DNA from: Alphaproteobacteria bacterium
GTDB lineage: Bacteria; Pseudomonadota; Alphaproteobacteria; Rs-D84
DNA: 58,296 bases
Assembly (NCBI GenBank): GCA_017513285.1
Contig: JAFXGD010000046.1
Location: 1-58,296, forward strand
Reading direction: 5' to 3'
Each line of letters begins with the position of its first letter. Positions within the stretch are counted from its first letter, which is position 1. The notes beneath the pieces were generated by a model. The model saw only the letters and a program-made list of their open reading frames with translations, did no database searches and was not told where the DNA came from. Below are positions 9,964 through 19,624 of the stretch, piece by piece. The position numbers and the translations under genes are program-made.

Positions 9964-12267
9964 ATGAAATGGACTTATGATTGGTTAAAAGAATATTTAA
10001 ATACAGATGCAGATGTACAAACTGTATCTGAAACATTGACCCGTATTGGCCTGGAAATCGAAGACGTACAATCGCCAATATCACCAATTGTGGCAAAAAT
10101 TGTTAAATGCGAACCACATGAAAACAGTGACCATTTGCATGTATTACAGGTTGACGATGGGTCTGGTACCCTGCGTCAGGTTGTATGTGGCGCACCAAAC
10201 GCCCGTGTGGGGTTGGTATCTGCGCTGGCGGTGCCTGGGTGTGTAATTGCGGGTCATGAAATTCAGTCTGGTAAACTGCGTGGCGTATTATCAGATGGTA
10301 TGATGTGTTCTGGCAAAGAACTGGGAATAAATGACGACCACAGTGGTATTATTGAATTACCATCTGATTCTGTAATTGGTTCTGATGTTTTGGAAACAAA
10401 AACAGTCTTTGATGCGGGTATTACCCCAAACAGACCCGACTATTTATCTGTACGTGGTATTGCACGTGATTTATCTGCGGCGGGCATTGGTGAATATATT
10501 GAACCAAACGACCCAGCGTTCAAAAATATTTCTGGAAATCGTCAGGTTATATTGAAAACAGATAAATGCCGTGCATATAAAATGATTGAAATACACGGCA
10601 TAACAGTTAAACCAAGTAATAAAAAAATTGCATCCAGACTTGCCGCGATTGGTATAAATCCAAAGAACGCACCGGTTGATGCAACGAACTATATCTGTTA
10701 TGACATGGCGCAACCAATGCATTGTTTTAATGCAGACGAAATTGATGGCGATATTGTTGTGCGTATGGCAAATAATGGTGAAAAATTCACAGATTTATTT
10801 GGTAATGAACACGAATTGGTTGATACAGATATGGTTATCACAGACGCGTCTGGTATTTTGGCACTGGCGGGTGTGATTGGTGGCGCGCGTGGCGCAACCA
10901 CAGAAAACACCAAGAATATTATCTTGGAATCTGCGTATTTTGACCCTGTATCTGTTCGTAAATCTGCAAAAAGACTGGGAGTATCAACAGATGCGTCATA
11001 TCGTTATGAACGTGGCATTGACCCAACAGTAACGGGTAATGCTGCGATGTATGCGGCCCAGATAATTATGGACGCATGTGGTGGTGAAATTGTTTCTACG
11101 TTTGCCGCCGGTACAGATGCCGCCCCAGATGTTAAAATTAAATATACGCCAAAATATTTTGCACAAAAAATTGGTTTTGATATGGACCCAGAAACCCAAA
11201 AAACTATATTAGAACGTTTGGGGTATACAATAAAAATCAGTGGTGATACATGGACTGTTACGCCATGTCCTGCACGTGTTGATGTTGAAATTCCAGAAAC
11301 AATTGTTGCTGATTTGGTTCGTATATATGGTTATGAAAAAGTTGGTCTTAAAAAAATGTCAGACACCGTAACAAACGCTTTTCATAAAGACATAGATTTA
11401 GAATTAAAACAAAAATTGGCAAATCGTGGATTAAACGAAACGGTAACATTTGGTTTTGGCAATTCTGTTTTTGAAGAATTGTTGATTGATAAACCAATAA
11501 TTCCTGTTGCAAATCCTATAATTGTAGATTTGAATACCGCACGAAATAATTTATTGGGAAATCTGTTGATTGCGGTTTCTAATAATGAAAAGCGTGGATA
11601 CCCAGATTTAAATATTTTTGAACTGGGTACTGTATTTGATGGTGATATGCCGGGCCAGCAACATACATCTGTTTGTATTGTTCGCACGGGCAGCAATTCA
11701 CCAAAGCATTGGACACGTCGCAATCGTGCGGTTGATATTTATGATGTCAAGGCCGATTTGATTGCATTGATGGCGGGTCAACGCTTTACCGTATCGTCAG
11801 AAAATGCACCACGTTGGGCGCATCCATACAGATATGGCGCATTGTATCAAGGCAAAAAGAAAATTGCAGAATTTGGCGAATTACATCCATCTGTTGCTAA
11901 AAAACTGCGCATTAAAACAAACGTTGTTATTGCGATTGTTGATGATATTGAAAACTTGCCGACCAAACGCGGTGGCAAGCAACCTGTATTATCAGAATTT
12001 CAACCAATAACACGTGACTTTGCGTTTATCACAGATGTCGATACACCTGCAGAAAAATTGACATCTGTTGCAAAGTCGTGTGATGCACGCATATCTGATG
12101 TTGTTGTGTTTGATGCATTTGATTTGTCAGATGGCAAAAAGTCGATTGCATTTACAATAACGATATTGCCGACGGAAAACATGTCTGATACAGATTTGTT
12201 GGCGTTACAGAATTCTGTTATTTCATCGGTTGAACAGAAATGTGGTGCCGTAATTCGTGACAAATAA
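9964..12267 (+). CDS. pheT: Phenylalanine--tRNA ligase beta subunit
   Basis: 767-aa ORF with an N-terminal tRNA-binding fold, plus B3/4 and B5 domains. Immediately follows pheS. Confidence 0.95.
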   Translation: MKWTYDWLKEYLNTDADVQTVSETLTRIGLEIEDVQSPISPIVAKIVKCEPHENSDHLHVLQVDDGSGTLRQVVCGAPNARVGLVSALAVPGCVIAGHEIQSGKLRGVLSDGMMCSGKELGINDDHSGIIELPSDSVIGSDVLETKTVFDAGITPNRPDYLSVRGIARDLSAAGIGEYIEPNDPAFKNISGNRQVILKTDKCRAYKMIEIHGITVKPSNKKIASRLAAIGINPKNAPVDATNYICYDMAQPMHCFNADEIDGDIVVRMANNGEKFTDLFGNEHELVDTDMVITDASGILALAGVIGGARGATTENTKNIILESAYFDPVSVRKSAKRLGVSTDASYRYERGIDPTVTGNAAMYAAQIIMDACGGEIVSTFAAGTDAAPDVKIKYTPKYFAQKIGFDMDPETQKTILERLGYTIKISGDTWTVTPCPARVDVEIPETIVADLVRIYGYEKVGLKKMSDTVTNAFHKDIDLELKQKLANRGLNETVTFGFGNSVFEELLIDKPIIPVANPIIVDLNTARNNLLGNLLIAVSNNEKRGYPDLNIFELGTVFDGDMPGQQHTSVCIVRTGSNSPKHWTRRNRAVDIYDVKADLIALMAGQRFTVSSENAPRWAHPYRYGALYQGKKKIAEFGELHPSVAKKLRIKTNVVIAIVDDIENLPTKRGGKQPVLSEFQPITRDFAFITDVDTPAEKLTSVAKSCDARISDVVVFDAFDLSDGKKSIAFTITILPTENMSDTDLLALQNSVISSVEQKCGAVIRDK

Positions 12268-12280
12268 TTGCGAATCAAAA

Positions 12281-12316
12281 TGTTAAAAAATACCGGCATT
12301 TGCCGGTGTTTTTTTT
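12281..12316. terminator. Bidirectional intrinsic terminator, member of the TGTTAAAAAA-ACCGGCATTTGCCGGT-T(n) repeat family
   Basis: A-tract, GC hairpin (ACCGGC/GCCGGT) and T-tract between convergent pheT and sspB. A 35-nt stretch is identical to 21301-21335. Confidence 0.7.
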
Positions 12317-12779
12317 ATTTTCTGTTTTTTCTGAATTCATCCAAAGACACAACCCGACCCGGGTCAGGGACGGTGTCTGGTCTTTCTTCCAATGGTAATT
12401 CCATGTCGTTATCTGCGGCTGCATTTTGTGGTTTTGGTTGGAATGACAACATAAAATCCACCGACGGGTCTTTAAATTCAACCAATGCCGAAAACGGCAC
12501 CCGAATAAAGAATGGGCGTCCATCAAAAGTCAATTGAACCCCGAATTCTTTTTCGGACACATGCAGGTTGTTATAAGAATATTGTAAAACAATTGTCATT
12601 ATATCCGGATATCGTATACGCAGGAAATCCGGCAACACAACGCCATTATCACGTGTTCGAAATGTTATATAAAAATGTGTTCCGTCGCCCAATCCATTAA
12701 ATTGTGCGTGTACCAGTGCATCTTTCACCACGGACTTTAATGCGGTGTCTAATAAAGTTTGATAATCAATACGTGCCAT
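12315..12779 (-). CDS. sspB: SspB-like ClpXP adaptor (alphaproteobacterial type)
   Basis: 154-aa ORF with the SspB-like core (FYITF.T....V.LP) and a C-terminal VVSLDEFRK tail resembling a ClpX-binding XB motif. Recognised from memory. Confidence 0.6.
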   Translation of the reverse strand: MARIDYQTLLDTALKSVVKDALVHAQFNGLGDGTHFYITFRTRDNGVVLPDFLRIRYPDIMTIVLQYSYNNLHVSEKEFGVQLTFDGRPFFIRVPFSALVEFKDPSVDFMLSFQPKPQNAAADNDMELPLEERPDTVPDPGRVVSLDEFRKNRK

Positions 12780-13863
12780 CTTTTTTCTCCGGGCATACTA
12801 TATTACTTATTTCACCATTTTGGCAAGTGACAAATACTGCATCGGGAATATTGGTGAAAATATCTGCATCCAAACCGGTTGCCCACACTTGTGCATGTGC
12901 CGCCCCCAGTTCCCGAAACATGCATGTGCGTGCATCTTGGTCCAAGTGTGCAGCCGCTTCATCCAATAAAATCAGTGGTTTTTTACCGGTCTTGGTGTTT
13001 ATCAGTTTTGCGTGTGCCAGTATCAGGTTAATCAACGCAGTTTTTTGTTGGCCTGTACTGGTCAAATGTGCCGGCAGGTTTAATTTGGTATTCATTATCC
13101 CAAAATCCGATTTGTGTGGCCCGTCAATTACCATTTTATCGCCGACCAATTCCCGATTTTCTTTTAAGTATTGGGTGTATTTTCGTTCTGCGTCACCTGC
13201 GGACATCCCGTCTATCAGCATTTTTTCAATCAATCCCGACACAGAAATTGCACAGTCGTTTAAAAAATAATTTAATTCGCCTGCGTATTGGATTCGTGCG
13301 GCGGCGATTGCGATTGCGGTTCCTGCGATTTGTGTATCTAATGCATCCAACCAATGTCTGTCTGCGCCGTTTTTCAATGCATACGCCCGTTCGGACAAAG
13401 TTTTATTTAATCGTGCAATTCGTCCGGCGTGTGCGGCATCAAAACTGGCGGCCAATCGGTCAAAGAATGCCCGTCTGTCGGATGCGCCTTCGACGAATAA
13501 TCTGTCTTCTTTTGGTGTAATCCAAACGATTCTGACGTTGCGCACCAATTCGGTCACAGGTGTGTTTTCGCCATCGACTTTTGCCCGCCTGTTTGTATCG
13601 CCGGGATTAAAGTTTATTGAAATTTCGCAATCGTCATTTGTTATTGCGAATACAGAAAATCCGCCATCGCCGTTAAATCGGGCAATATCTGTCATTGCAG
13701 CGCCACGCATACCACGTTCACCACCCAACATTGATATGGCCTCTAACACGGCGGTTTTACCTGCGCCGTTTGGGCCGGTTATGATAATATTCTTATGCCC
13801 ATGGGTTTCGATACGTCCCATGACATGATTTCGAAAATTGGTCAATGTAACAGATTTAATCAT
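12766..13863 (-). CDS. recF: DNA replication and repair protein RecF
   Basis: Walker A GPNGAGKT and signature SGQQK-like STGQQKT. Start moved to ATG 13863 (MIKSVTLTNFRNH), because the 45-codon extension in the track reads through tRNA-Cys. Confidence 0.9.
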   Translation of the reverse strand: MIKSVTLTNFRNHVMGRIETHGHKNIIITGPNGAGKTAVLEAISMLGGERGMRGAAMTDIARFNGDGGFSVFAITNDDCEISINFNPGDTNRRAKVDGENTPVTELVRNVRIVWITPKEDRLFVEGASDRRAFFDRLAASFDAAHAGRIARLNKTLSERAYALKNGADRHWLDALDTQIAGTAIAIAAARIQYAGELNYFLNDCAISVSGLIEKMLIDGMSAGDAERKYTQYLKENRELVGDKMVIDGPHKSDFGIMNTKLNLPAHLTSTGQQKTALINLILAHAKLINTKTGKKPLILLDEAAAHLDQDARTCMFRELGAAHAQVWATGLDADIFTNIPDAVFVTCQNGEISNIVCPEKKDGTY

Positions 13864-13930
13864 ATCCCGATAATACACAAAAATAATTAAATCGGGAATA
13901 AAAAAAAGCCCGTTCGGGCAAATAATGTTA

Positions 13931-14004
13931 TGGAGGCCTGGGTCGGAATCGAACCGGCATCCAAGGATTTGCAGTCCTCTGCATAACCACTCTGCCACCA
14001 GGCC
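13931..14004 (-). tRNA. tRNA-Cys (GCA)
   Basis: Reverse complement folds as a cloverleaf: acceptor GGCCTGG/CCAGGCC, anticodon loop CTGCAAA, T-loop GGTTCGATTCC, encoded CCA. Confidence 0.9.
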
Positions 14005-14095
14005 ATAACAGTGACACCATCATACGCAAAAAATAATTGTATTTCAAGACAAAAATAATTATAATTTAAACAAATATTCATCAAGAGAGAGAATC

Positions 14096-15415
14096 ATGAA
14101 AAAAGTCATGTTTTTAGCGGTCTTTTTTGCGCCTTGTCTGGCATTTGGTGCGGTCGAAGACTGTTTGACACGCACAACGGTGCCGGATTCTGTATTGTCT
14201 TTGCCGGAAATTATTGAATTGGGTTTGTGTCGCAATCCGTCGACCACGGCATCATATTTGGCGTATGAATCATCACGTTTGTCCAAGAATGCGGGCTATG
14301 CGGATTATTTGCCGTCTGTAAATGCATCCGCCAATGCGTCTTTGCCATATCGTAATGAGCAGTGGGGTGATTGGTCATATGGCGCATCCTTGTCTGCATC
14401 TTATTTGATATTTGATTTTGGTAAACGTCTGTCTGATTTGAATCAGTTATCATCCACATGGCGTGCGGCGGGCTTTGAATATGATGCGACGGTTCAGAAT
14501 TATATATATGGTATAATTGGTTCATATTATGCGTTATTGAATGCGGATGCAGACGTTAAATCTGCAAAAATGTTACGTGATGTTGCGCAAACGGCACGTG
14601 ACACGGCGCAAAATAAATTCAAAGCCGGTGCGGTTGCCCGTGCCGATGTGTTAAAGGCCGACACCACATTGGCCAGTCGTGATTTGGATTTGGAACGTGC
14701 AAAAAACAATCGTGAAATTGCCAAAGGTTCTCTGTTGAACAAACTGTCATTTCCTGCGGACCAAGAAATTCAGATTGCAGATTTGCCATCTGAAATCGGC
14801 ACCCCCCAAGAAACCAAGACTTTGGACGAATTATTTGCCCAGGCTGAAAAAACACGTCCTGACTTGCTGCGTGCCACAGCGAACAAAGATGCCGCATGGC
14901 ACCGCCGTAACAGTGTATTTTTAAGCAACCTGCCAACTATATCTGCATCTGGTTCTTTGTCGTGGTCTGACACGCCGTCTGAATCGTTTAATGCCGGTTC
15001 TGATAACATCAGTGGCAGCATCGGCATCCGTGCATCAATGCCTTTGTTTGCGGGATTTGCGAACATGTACAACGCCCGTGCCGCCCAAGTAAACTATGAA
15101 CGTGCGATTGAAAACGAACGTGCGGCATCGGACAATGCCACGTTGGATATATATACCGCATATCATAATTATAAGACTGCACAAACGGTATTAAAGCAAA
15201 CCGAAACGCTGTTAAAATCTGCAACGGAAAGCGAAAAAGTAACGGCGGGCATGTATCGTGTTGGTCGTGCGACTATGTTGGATTGGCAAACGGCGCAGTC
15301 TGAATTGGTATCTGCGCAAAAGCAAAACAATGCGGCCAAATATGATTTGTTTACCAAACGTGCGGCGGTTGCATTGGCGGTGGGCGAAATCAAAACGAAT
15401 TTAGAGAGGGAATAA
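14096..15415 (+). CDS. TolC-family outer-membrane efflux protein
   Basis: 439-aa ORF with a signal peptide and the repeated alpha-helical/beta-barrel pattern typical of TolC/OprM. Upstream of an MFP gene with a 1-nt gap. Confidence 0.85.
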   Translation: MKKVMFLAVFFAPCLAFGAVEDCLTRTTVPDSVLSLPEIIELGLCRNPSTTASYLAYESSRLSKNAGYADYLPSVNASANASLPYRNEQWGDWSYGASLSASYLIFDFGKRLSDLNQLSSTWRAAGFEYDATVQNYIYGIIGSYYALLNADADVKSAKMLRDVAQTARDTAQNKFKAGAVARADVLKADTTLASRDLDLERAKNNREIAKGSLLNKLSFPADQEIQIADLPSEIGTPQETKTLDELFAQAEKTRPDLLRATANKDAAWHRRNSVFLSNLPTISASGSLSWSDTPSESFNAGSDNISGSIGIRASMPLFAGFANMYNARAAQVNYERAIENERAASDNATLDIYTAYHNYKTAQTVLKQTETLLKSATESEKVTAGMYRVGRATMLDWQTAQSELVSAQKQNNAAKYDLFTKRAAVALAVGEIKTNLERE

Positions 15416-15416
15416 A

Positions 15417-16637
15417 ATGGCAAAGAAAGTACAATCAGATGTTGTTAATAATGCGCCACGAAAATCATATTTTCGTCGTATATGGGGATTTGTATGGCGT
15501 AATAAATGGTGGATATTGTTGGGTGCATCCGCATTATTTGTAATCAGGTTGTTATTTGGCGGTGACGCATCCAAGCAGGCAGAATACATCACATTAAACA
15601 TCACCCGTGGTGACCTGCGTCAAGTTGTCAGTGCCACCGGCGAAATTCAACCTGTAAATACTGTCAATGTTGGGTCCCAGGTTTCTGGAACGATTGATAA
15701 CTTGTATGTTGATTTTAATTCCAAGGTAAAAAAGGGTGATGTATTGTTAACAATTGAACCGTCTGTTTTACAGGCGTCTGTGAACGAAGCTTTGGCGTCT
15801 TTGGAAAGTGCAAAATCCCAACGTGACTTGGCCAAAAGCGAATACGAACGCAATAAATATTTGTATGAAAAAGACTATATTGCCCGTGCCGATATGGAGA
15901 AAGCCGAAGCCTCTTATGTCCAAGCCGAACAATCTGTAAATCGTATGCAGTCGCAATATGATCGTGCGGTTACGAATTTGGGTTATGCAACAATTACATC
16001 GCCGGTTGATGGAACGGTTATTTCACGCAAAGTTGACACCGGCCAAACGGTTGCAGCGTCTTTCCAAACACCTGATTTATTTGAAATTGCCGAAGATTTA
16101 ACAAAAATGCAAATTGAAACATCTGTATCCGAAGCGGACATTGGTGTTATCAAAGATGGGCAACCTGTGACCTTTACGGTTGATGCGTACCCAACCGAAG
16201 AATTCAATGGTGTTGTACGTCAAATACGCCTGTCGCCAACCACGACATCAAATGTTGTTGTTTATACGGTTGTAATCGATGTTGATAATTCTGATTTGCG
16301 TTTGATGCCGGGTATGACCGCATTTGTTACAATTATTATATCGGAACGTGCGAACGTATGGAAAACCCAGAATGCGGCATTTTTGGTTCGCAGTTTTGAC
16401 AGTTTTATCCCCGATGCAAACGGTGCGACACCTGCGACACACATGGCATTGTTGCGTGATGGCGAAACGGTGTTAATTCCATACAGCAAAGGTTTAACCA
16501 CCGCCACCGAAACGGAAATAGTGTCTGATGAAATCCAATTGGGTGATAAAGTGATTGTTGGTCGTGTTGGTGCGACGGCCACCAAAGCAAATACGGGTGG
16601 TAATCGTGGAAACCCGATGCGTGGTCCCCGCATGTAA
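15417..16637 (+). CDS. Periplasmic adaptor (HlyD/MacA-type membrane fusion protein)
   Basis: 406-aa ORF with an N-terminal TM segment, a lipoyl-like motif (V.AP.DG.V), a coiled-coil hairpin and a beta-barrel domain. Confidence 0.85.
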   Translation: MAKKVQSDVVNNAPRKSYFRRIWGFVWRNKWWILLGASALFVIRLLFGGDASKQAEYITLNITRGDLRQVVSATGEIQPVNTVNVGSQVSGTIDNLYVDFNSKVKKGDVLLTIEPSVLQASVNEALASLESAKSQRDLAKSEYERNKYLYEKDYIARADMEKAEASYVQAEQSVNRMQSQYDRAVTNLGYATITSPVDGTVISRKVDTGQTVAASFQTPDLFEIAEDLTKMQIETSVSEADIGVIKDGQPVTFTVDAYPTEEFNGVVRQIRLSPTTTSNVVVYTVVIDVDNSDLRLMPGMTAFVTIIISERANVWKTQNAAFLVRSFDSFIPDANGATPATHMALLRDGETVLIPYSKGLTTATETEIVSDEIQLGDKVIVGRVGATATKANTGGNRGNPMRGPRM

Positions 16638-16667
16638 AAAATCCCCAAACGGGGATTTTTATTTATG
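16635..16667. repeat. 33-nt perfect direct repeat, copy 1 (contains a stop codon and terminator hairpin)
   Basis: TAAAAAATCCCCAAACGGGGATTTTTATTTATG, identical to 17073-17105. Confidence 0.9.
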
Positions 16668-16696
16668 TTGTGTATTTTTAATTTTTTGCATATAAT
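16668..16696 (+). promoter_or_regulatory. Candidate sigma-70 promoter
   Basis: TTGTGT, a 17-nt spacer, then TATAAT (16668-16673 and 16691-16696). Confidence 0.3.
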
Positions 16697-16702
16697 ATCT
16701 AT

Positions 16703-16873
16703 GCATTGGGATATTCCCAATGTGGGGCATACAAACCTCTTTCAGATTGTCTGTTATGACATAAAACTATCTCCAACCCCGGTTGGAGGGCTGTGATATA
16801 CATAAATAAACGGCGCTATTATCTGAAGTAGTTTGTAACCTCCAACCGCTTTTGAATTTCAAATGCGGTTTTT
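16703..16873 (+). ncRNA. Candidate small RNA or leader (unclassified)
   Basis: ORF-free stretch between the candidate promoter and a hairpin plus T-run (AACCGCTTTTGAA/TTCAAATGCGGTT-TTT, 16844-16873). Internal hairpins TGGGA-TAT-TCCCA and CTCCAACC-CC-GGTTGGAG. Confidence 0.25.
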
Positions 16874-16892
16874 AATTTAACAAGGATTTGTT

Positions 16893-17075
16893 ATGAAAGC
16901 GGGGTTTCAAATAGAGCAATTTCGTGTTCGGCATAATTTGCCAATATATGTCATGTGTGATATTTTGGCGATTTCCAGTGAATCTGAATATTATCAGATT
17001 GCCCATTGTCGCACGACATTAACGATGTATCAAAAAATGATGTTTATGATATTTGCGTGTCAATCATTGGAATAA
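16893..17075 (+). CDS. Hypothetical 60-aa protein
   Basis: ORF preceded by AAGGA 7 nt upstream; no recognisable family. Confidence 0.25.
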   Translation: MKAGFQIEQFRVRHNLPIYVMCDILAISSESEYYQIAHCRTTLTMYQKMMFMIFACQSLE

Positions 17076-17105
17076 AAAATCCCCAAACGGGGATTTTTAT
17101 TTATG
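17073..17105. repeat. 33-nt perfect direct repeat, copy 2
   Basis: Identical to 16635-16667 and abuts the 3' end of tRNA-Thr. Confidence 0.9.
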
Positions 17106-17179
17106 GTGCCGGTGACAGGACTTGAACCTACGACCCCCTCATTACGAATGAGATGCTCTACCAGCTGAGCTACACCGGC
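17104..17179 (-). tRNA. tRNA-Thr (CGU)
   Basis: Reverse complement GCCGGTGTAGCTCAGCTGGTAGAGC...TTCGTAA...GGTTCAAGTCC...CACCGGCACCA. Has a 7-nt anticodon loop with CGT. Confidence 0.9.
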
Positions 17180-17251
17180 AATGTGACAAAACTATAACCT
17201 ATTCATATAATAAATTCCAGTAATTTTTTTAACACAAAATCAGATTATTTT

Positions 17252-18895
17252 TCATCCCTTAATCCGGCGCAACACAACCATAATTCCCGCCGGTGTCATT
17301 CCCGGTATGCGTGACAGTTCTGCGATATTTTCCGGACGTGTGGCGGTTAACTTTTCCACCAATTCGTTTGTCAGGCCCGCCAACCCACTGTATTCAAAAT
17401 CACGTGGGATTTTTAATTCCATATCACGTTTATATGCCGCGATTTCACGTTCGTTTCGTGCGATATACCCGGCATAGAATTTATCATTTTCTGCAATGAT
17501 GTCTTTTTTTAATTCAAATATTTTGTCATACCACGACTGGCTTACCAAACCCAATTCAATACCAATCGGCCCCAATCGTGCAATTGCGTTATCACTGCGC
17601 AGGCTTAATCTGTATTCTGCCCGTGATGTGAACATACGATAAGGCTCGTCAACCCCCAACGTTGTTATATCATCAATCAAAACACCAATCATAGAATTTG
17701 TTCTGTTGATTTCCAACGGTTGTAACCCACATGCAAATGCGGCGGCATTACTGCCTGCGACCAAACCTTGGGCGGCGGCTTCTTCGTATCCGGATGTTCC
17801 GTTAATTTGTCCGGCAAAAAACACATGTGGCATATCAACGGATTGCAGTTTTGAATTCAGCGCCCGTGCATCAATCGCATCATATTCAATTGCGTATCCA
17901 TATCTGTCGATTATTGCATTTTCCAATCCGGGGATACTGCGAATCCATTTATCTTGGATATCGCTGCCAAAACTGGTTGATATTCCGTTTGGGTAAATTA
18001 AATCGCTGTTATATCCTTCGGGTTCTAAAAACACATGGTGCGAAGTGTGTTCCGGGAAACGCATAACTTTGTCTTCCAAACTGGGGCAATATCTGGGGCC
18101 GGTTCCACGGATGTCACCATTATACATAGGTGCCTGGGCAATATTTTCACGGATAATATTATGTGTGGTTTCGGTTGTGTGTGTTATAAAGCACACAGAT
18201 TCATACGTGTTATTTTTGTCGCCATCTGCAAACCAATCGTGTGGCGTGTCGCCCGGTTGCACTTCACAGACAGAAAAATCTATTGAATCCCTGCGTATAC
18301 GTGCGGGCGTTCCTGTTTTTAATCGCAATAATTTGAATCCATTTTCAACCAAAGTTTTTGATGTTTTATTATCGGCATTTTGATATGTTCCATCGTCTTG
18401 CAGTCGTCCTGCAGAAATCTTTTCATCTCCACGTGTCACAACGCCATCTAAAAAAGTTCCGGTGGTCAATACGATTGCGGTCGCATGATATTTGTCATTT
18501 ACGATTGCGTTTTTTAAATCCAAATCCGATACAGTTTCATATTGGATTGTTAATTTTTCATATTCGCCCAAAATATCAACGATTGCATTATGATATAAAT
18601 CACGATCGATTTGCGCACGCAGTGCCTGGGTTGCCGCCCCATGTGATGCGTTCAGTGTTCGCCAATGAATTCCGGATTTATCTGCGGCCCGCCCCATAAC
18701 ACCACCCAAAGCGGTAATTTCTGCCACCATTTGTGATTTTCCGGGGCCACCGATACTGGGGTTGCACGACAATGCGCCCAAATCAGATATGGCTTGGGTC
18801 AATAACAAAGTCTTTGCCCCACGGCGTGCAGATGCGGCCGCTGCTTCGACACCGGCATGTCCCCCACCAATAACAATCACATCAAATTCTTGCAT
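17252..18895 (-). CDS. mnmG: tRNA uridine 5-carboxymethylaminomethyl modification enzyme MnmG (GidA)
   Basis: FAD motif VIGGGHAG plus conserved GTGPRYCPS and FFAGQINGTSGYEEAA. At 547 aa the C-terminal helical domain is shorter than usual. Confidence 0.9.
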   Translation of the reverse strand: MQEFDVIVIGGGHAGVEAAAASARRGAKTLLLTQAISDLGALSCNPSIGGPGKSQMVAEITALGGVMGRAADKSGIHWRTLNASHGAATQALRAQIDRDLYHNAIVDILGEYEKLTIQYETVSDLDLKNAIVNDKYHATAIVLTTGTFLDGVVTRGDEKISAGRLQDDGTYQNADNKTSKTLVENGFKLLRLKTGTPARIRRDSIDFSVCEVQPGDTPHDWFADGDKNNTYESVCFITHTTETTHNIIRENIAQAPMYNGDIRGTGPRYCPSLEDKVMRFPEHTSHHVFLEPEGYNSDLIYPNGISTSFGSDIQDKWIRSIPGLENAIIDRYGYAIEYDAIDARALNSKLQSVDMPHVFFAGQINGTSGYEEAAAQGLVAGSNAAAFACGLQPLEINRTNSMIGVLIDDITTLGVDEPYRMFTSRAEYRLSLRSDNAIARLGPIGIELGLVSQSWYDKIFELKKDIIAENDKFYAGYIARNEREIAAYKRDMELKIPRDFEYSGLAGLTNELVEKLTATRPENIAELSRIPGMTPAGIMVVLRRIKG

Positions 18896-19623
18896 TAAAA
18901 TCTTCCCATACCGCCATTGATGTGCAGTGTTTGACCATTAATATATGCGGCTTCTTCCGATGCCAAGAACACGCATGCATTTGCGATATCGTCCGGTTCG
19001 CCAAAGCGCCCGGCCGGAATTTGTGCCAGATAAGTTTTCTTTAAATCTTCGCCCAACACATCTGTCATAGGTGTTTTAATAAATCCCGGTGCGATTGCGT
19101 TTGCGGTGATTCCACGTGATGCGACTTCTGCGGCGATTGATTTTGTCATTGCAATCATACCACCTTTGGATGCGGCATAGTTTGCTTGACCCGGGCCACC
19201 GATTGTACCGATAATAGATGCCATATTAATAATGCGCCCAAATCTGTTTTTCATCATAGGCATAATTGCCGCACGGCACATTTTAAAGCACGAACGCAGA
19301 TTTGTGTTTATTACATCGTCGAACTGTTCGTCTGTCATGCGCATTAACAAAGTATCTTTTGTAATACCTGCGTTGTTGATTAAGATATCAATTTTGCCGC
19401 ACTTTTCAATTGTATCCATAATTAATTCGACGGCACCACCTTCTGCGGCCAAATCGCATGGTAATTTGATATATTCATCACCAAATTCCGCATTCATTTT
19501 TGCCACATTTCGTCCGGACACGACAACGGTTGCGCCGGCTTGTTTCATTTTTTTTGCGATTGCGCATCCGATTCCGCCGGTTGCGCCGGTGATTAAAGCA
19601 ACTTTGCCCGATAAATCAAACAT
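18895..19623 (-). CDS. fabG: 3-oxoacyl-ACP reductase
   Basis: SDR motifs ITGATGGIG, NNAG and YAASKGG. Confidence 0.9.
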   Translation of the reverse strand: MFDLSGKVALITGATGGIGCAIAKKMKQAGATVVVSGRNVAKMNAEFGDEYIKLPCDLAAEGGAVELIMDTIEKCGKIDILINNAGITKDTLLMRMTDEQFDDVINTNLRSCFKMCRAAIMPMMKNRFGRIINMASIIGTIGGPGQANYAASKGGMIAMTKSIAAEVASRGITANAIAPGFIKTPMTDVLGEDLKKTYLAQIPAGRFGEPDDIANACVFLASEEAAYINGQTLHINGGMGRF

Positions 19624-19624
19624 A

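Noticed and set aside
13864-13998. 45-codon N-terminal extension of recF in the ORF track.
   Set aside because: It reads straight through the tRNA-Cys gene. The conserved RecF N-terminus (MIKSVTLTNFRNH) begins at the internal ATG at 13863.
16668-16892. Whether the ORF-free segment beside tRNA-Thr is tmRNA, SRP RNA, 6S RNA or RNase P RNA.
   Set aside because: I could not find the conserved cores of any of these: no tag-peptide reading frame ending in ..AA-stop with a tRNA-like end, and no SRP GGAA/AGCA domain IV. It stays an unclassified candidate only.
17252-18895. MnmG as a truncated pseudogene (547 aa versus the usual ~620).
   Set aside because: The reading frame is intact from the FAD motif to the conserved C-terminal helix (SRIPGMTPAGI). 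The shortening looks like an internal reduction of the helical domain rather than a disruption.
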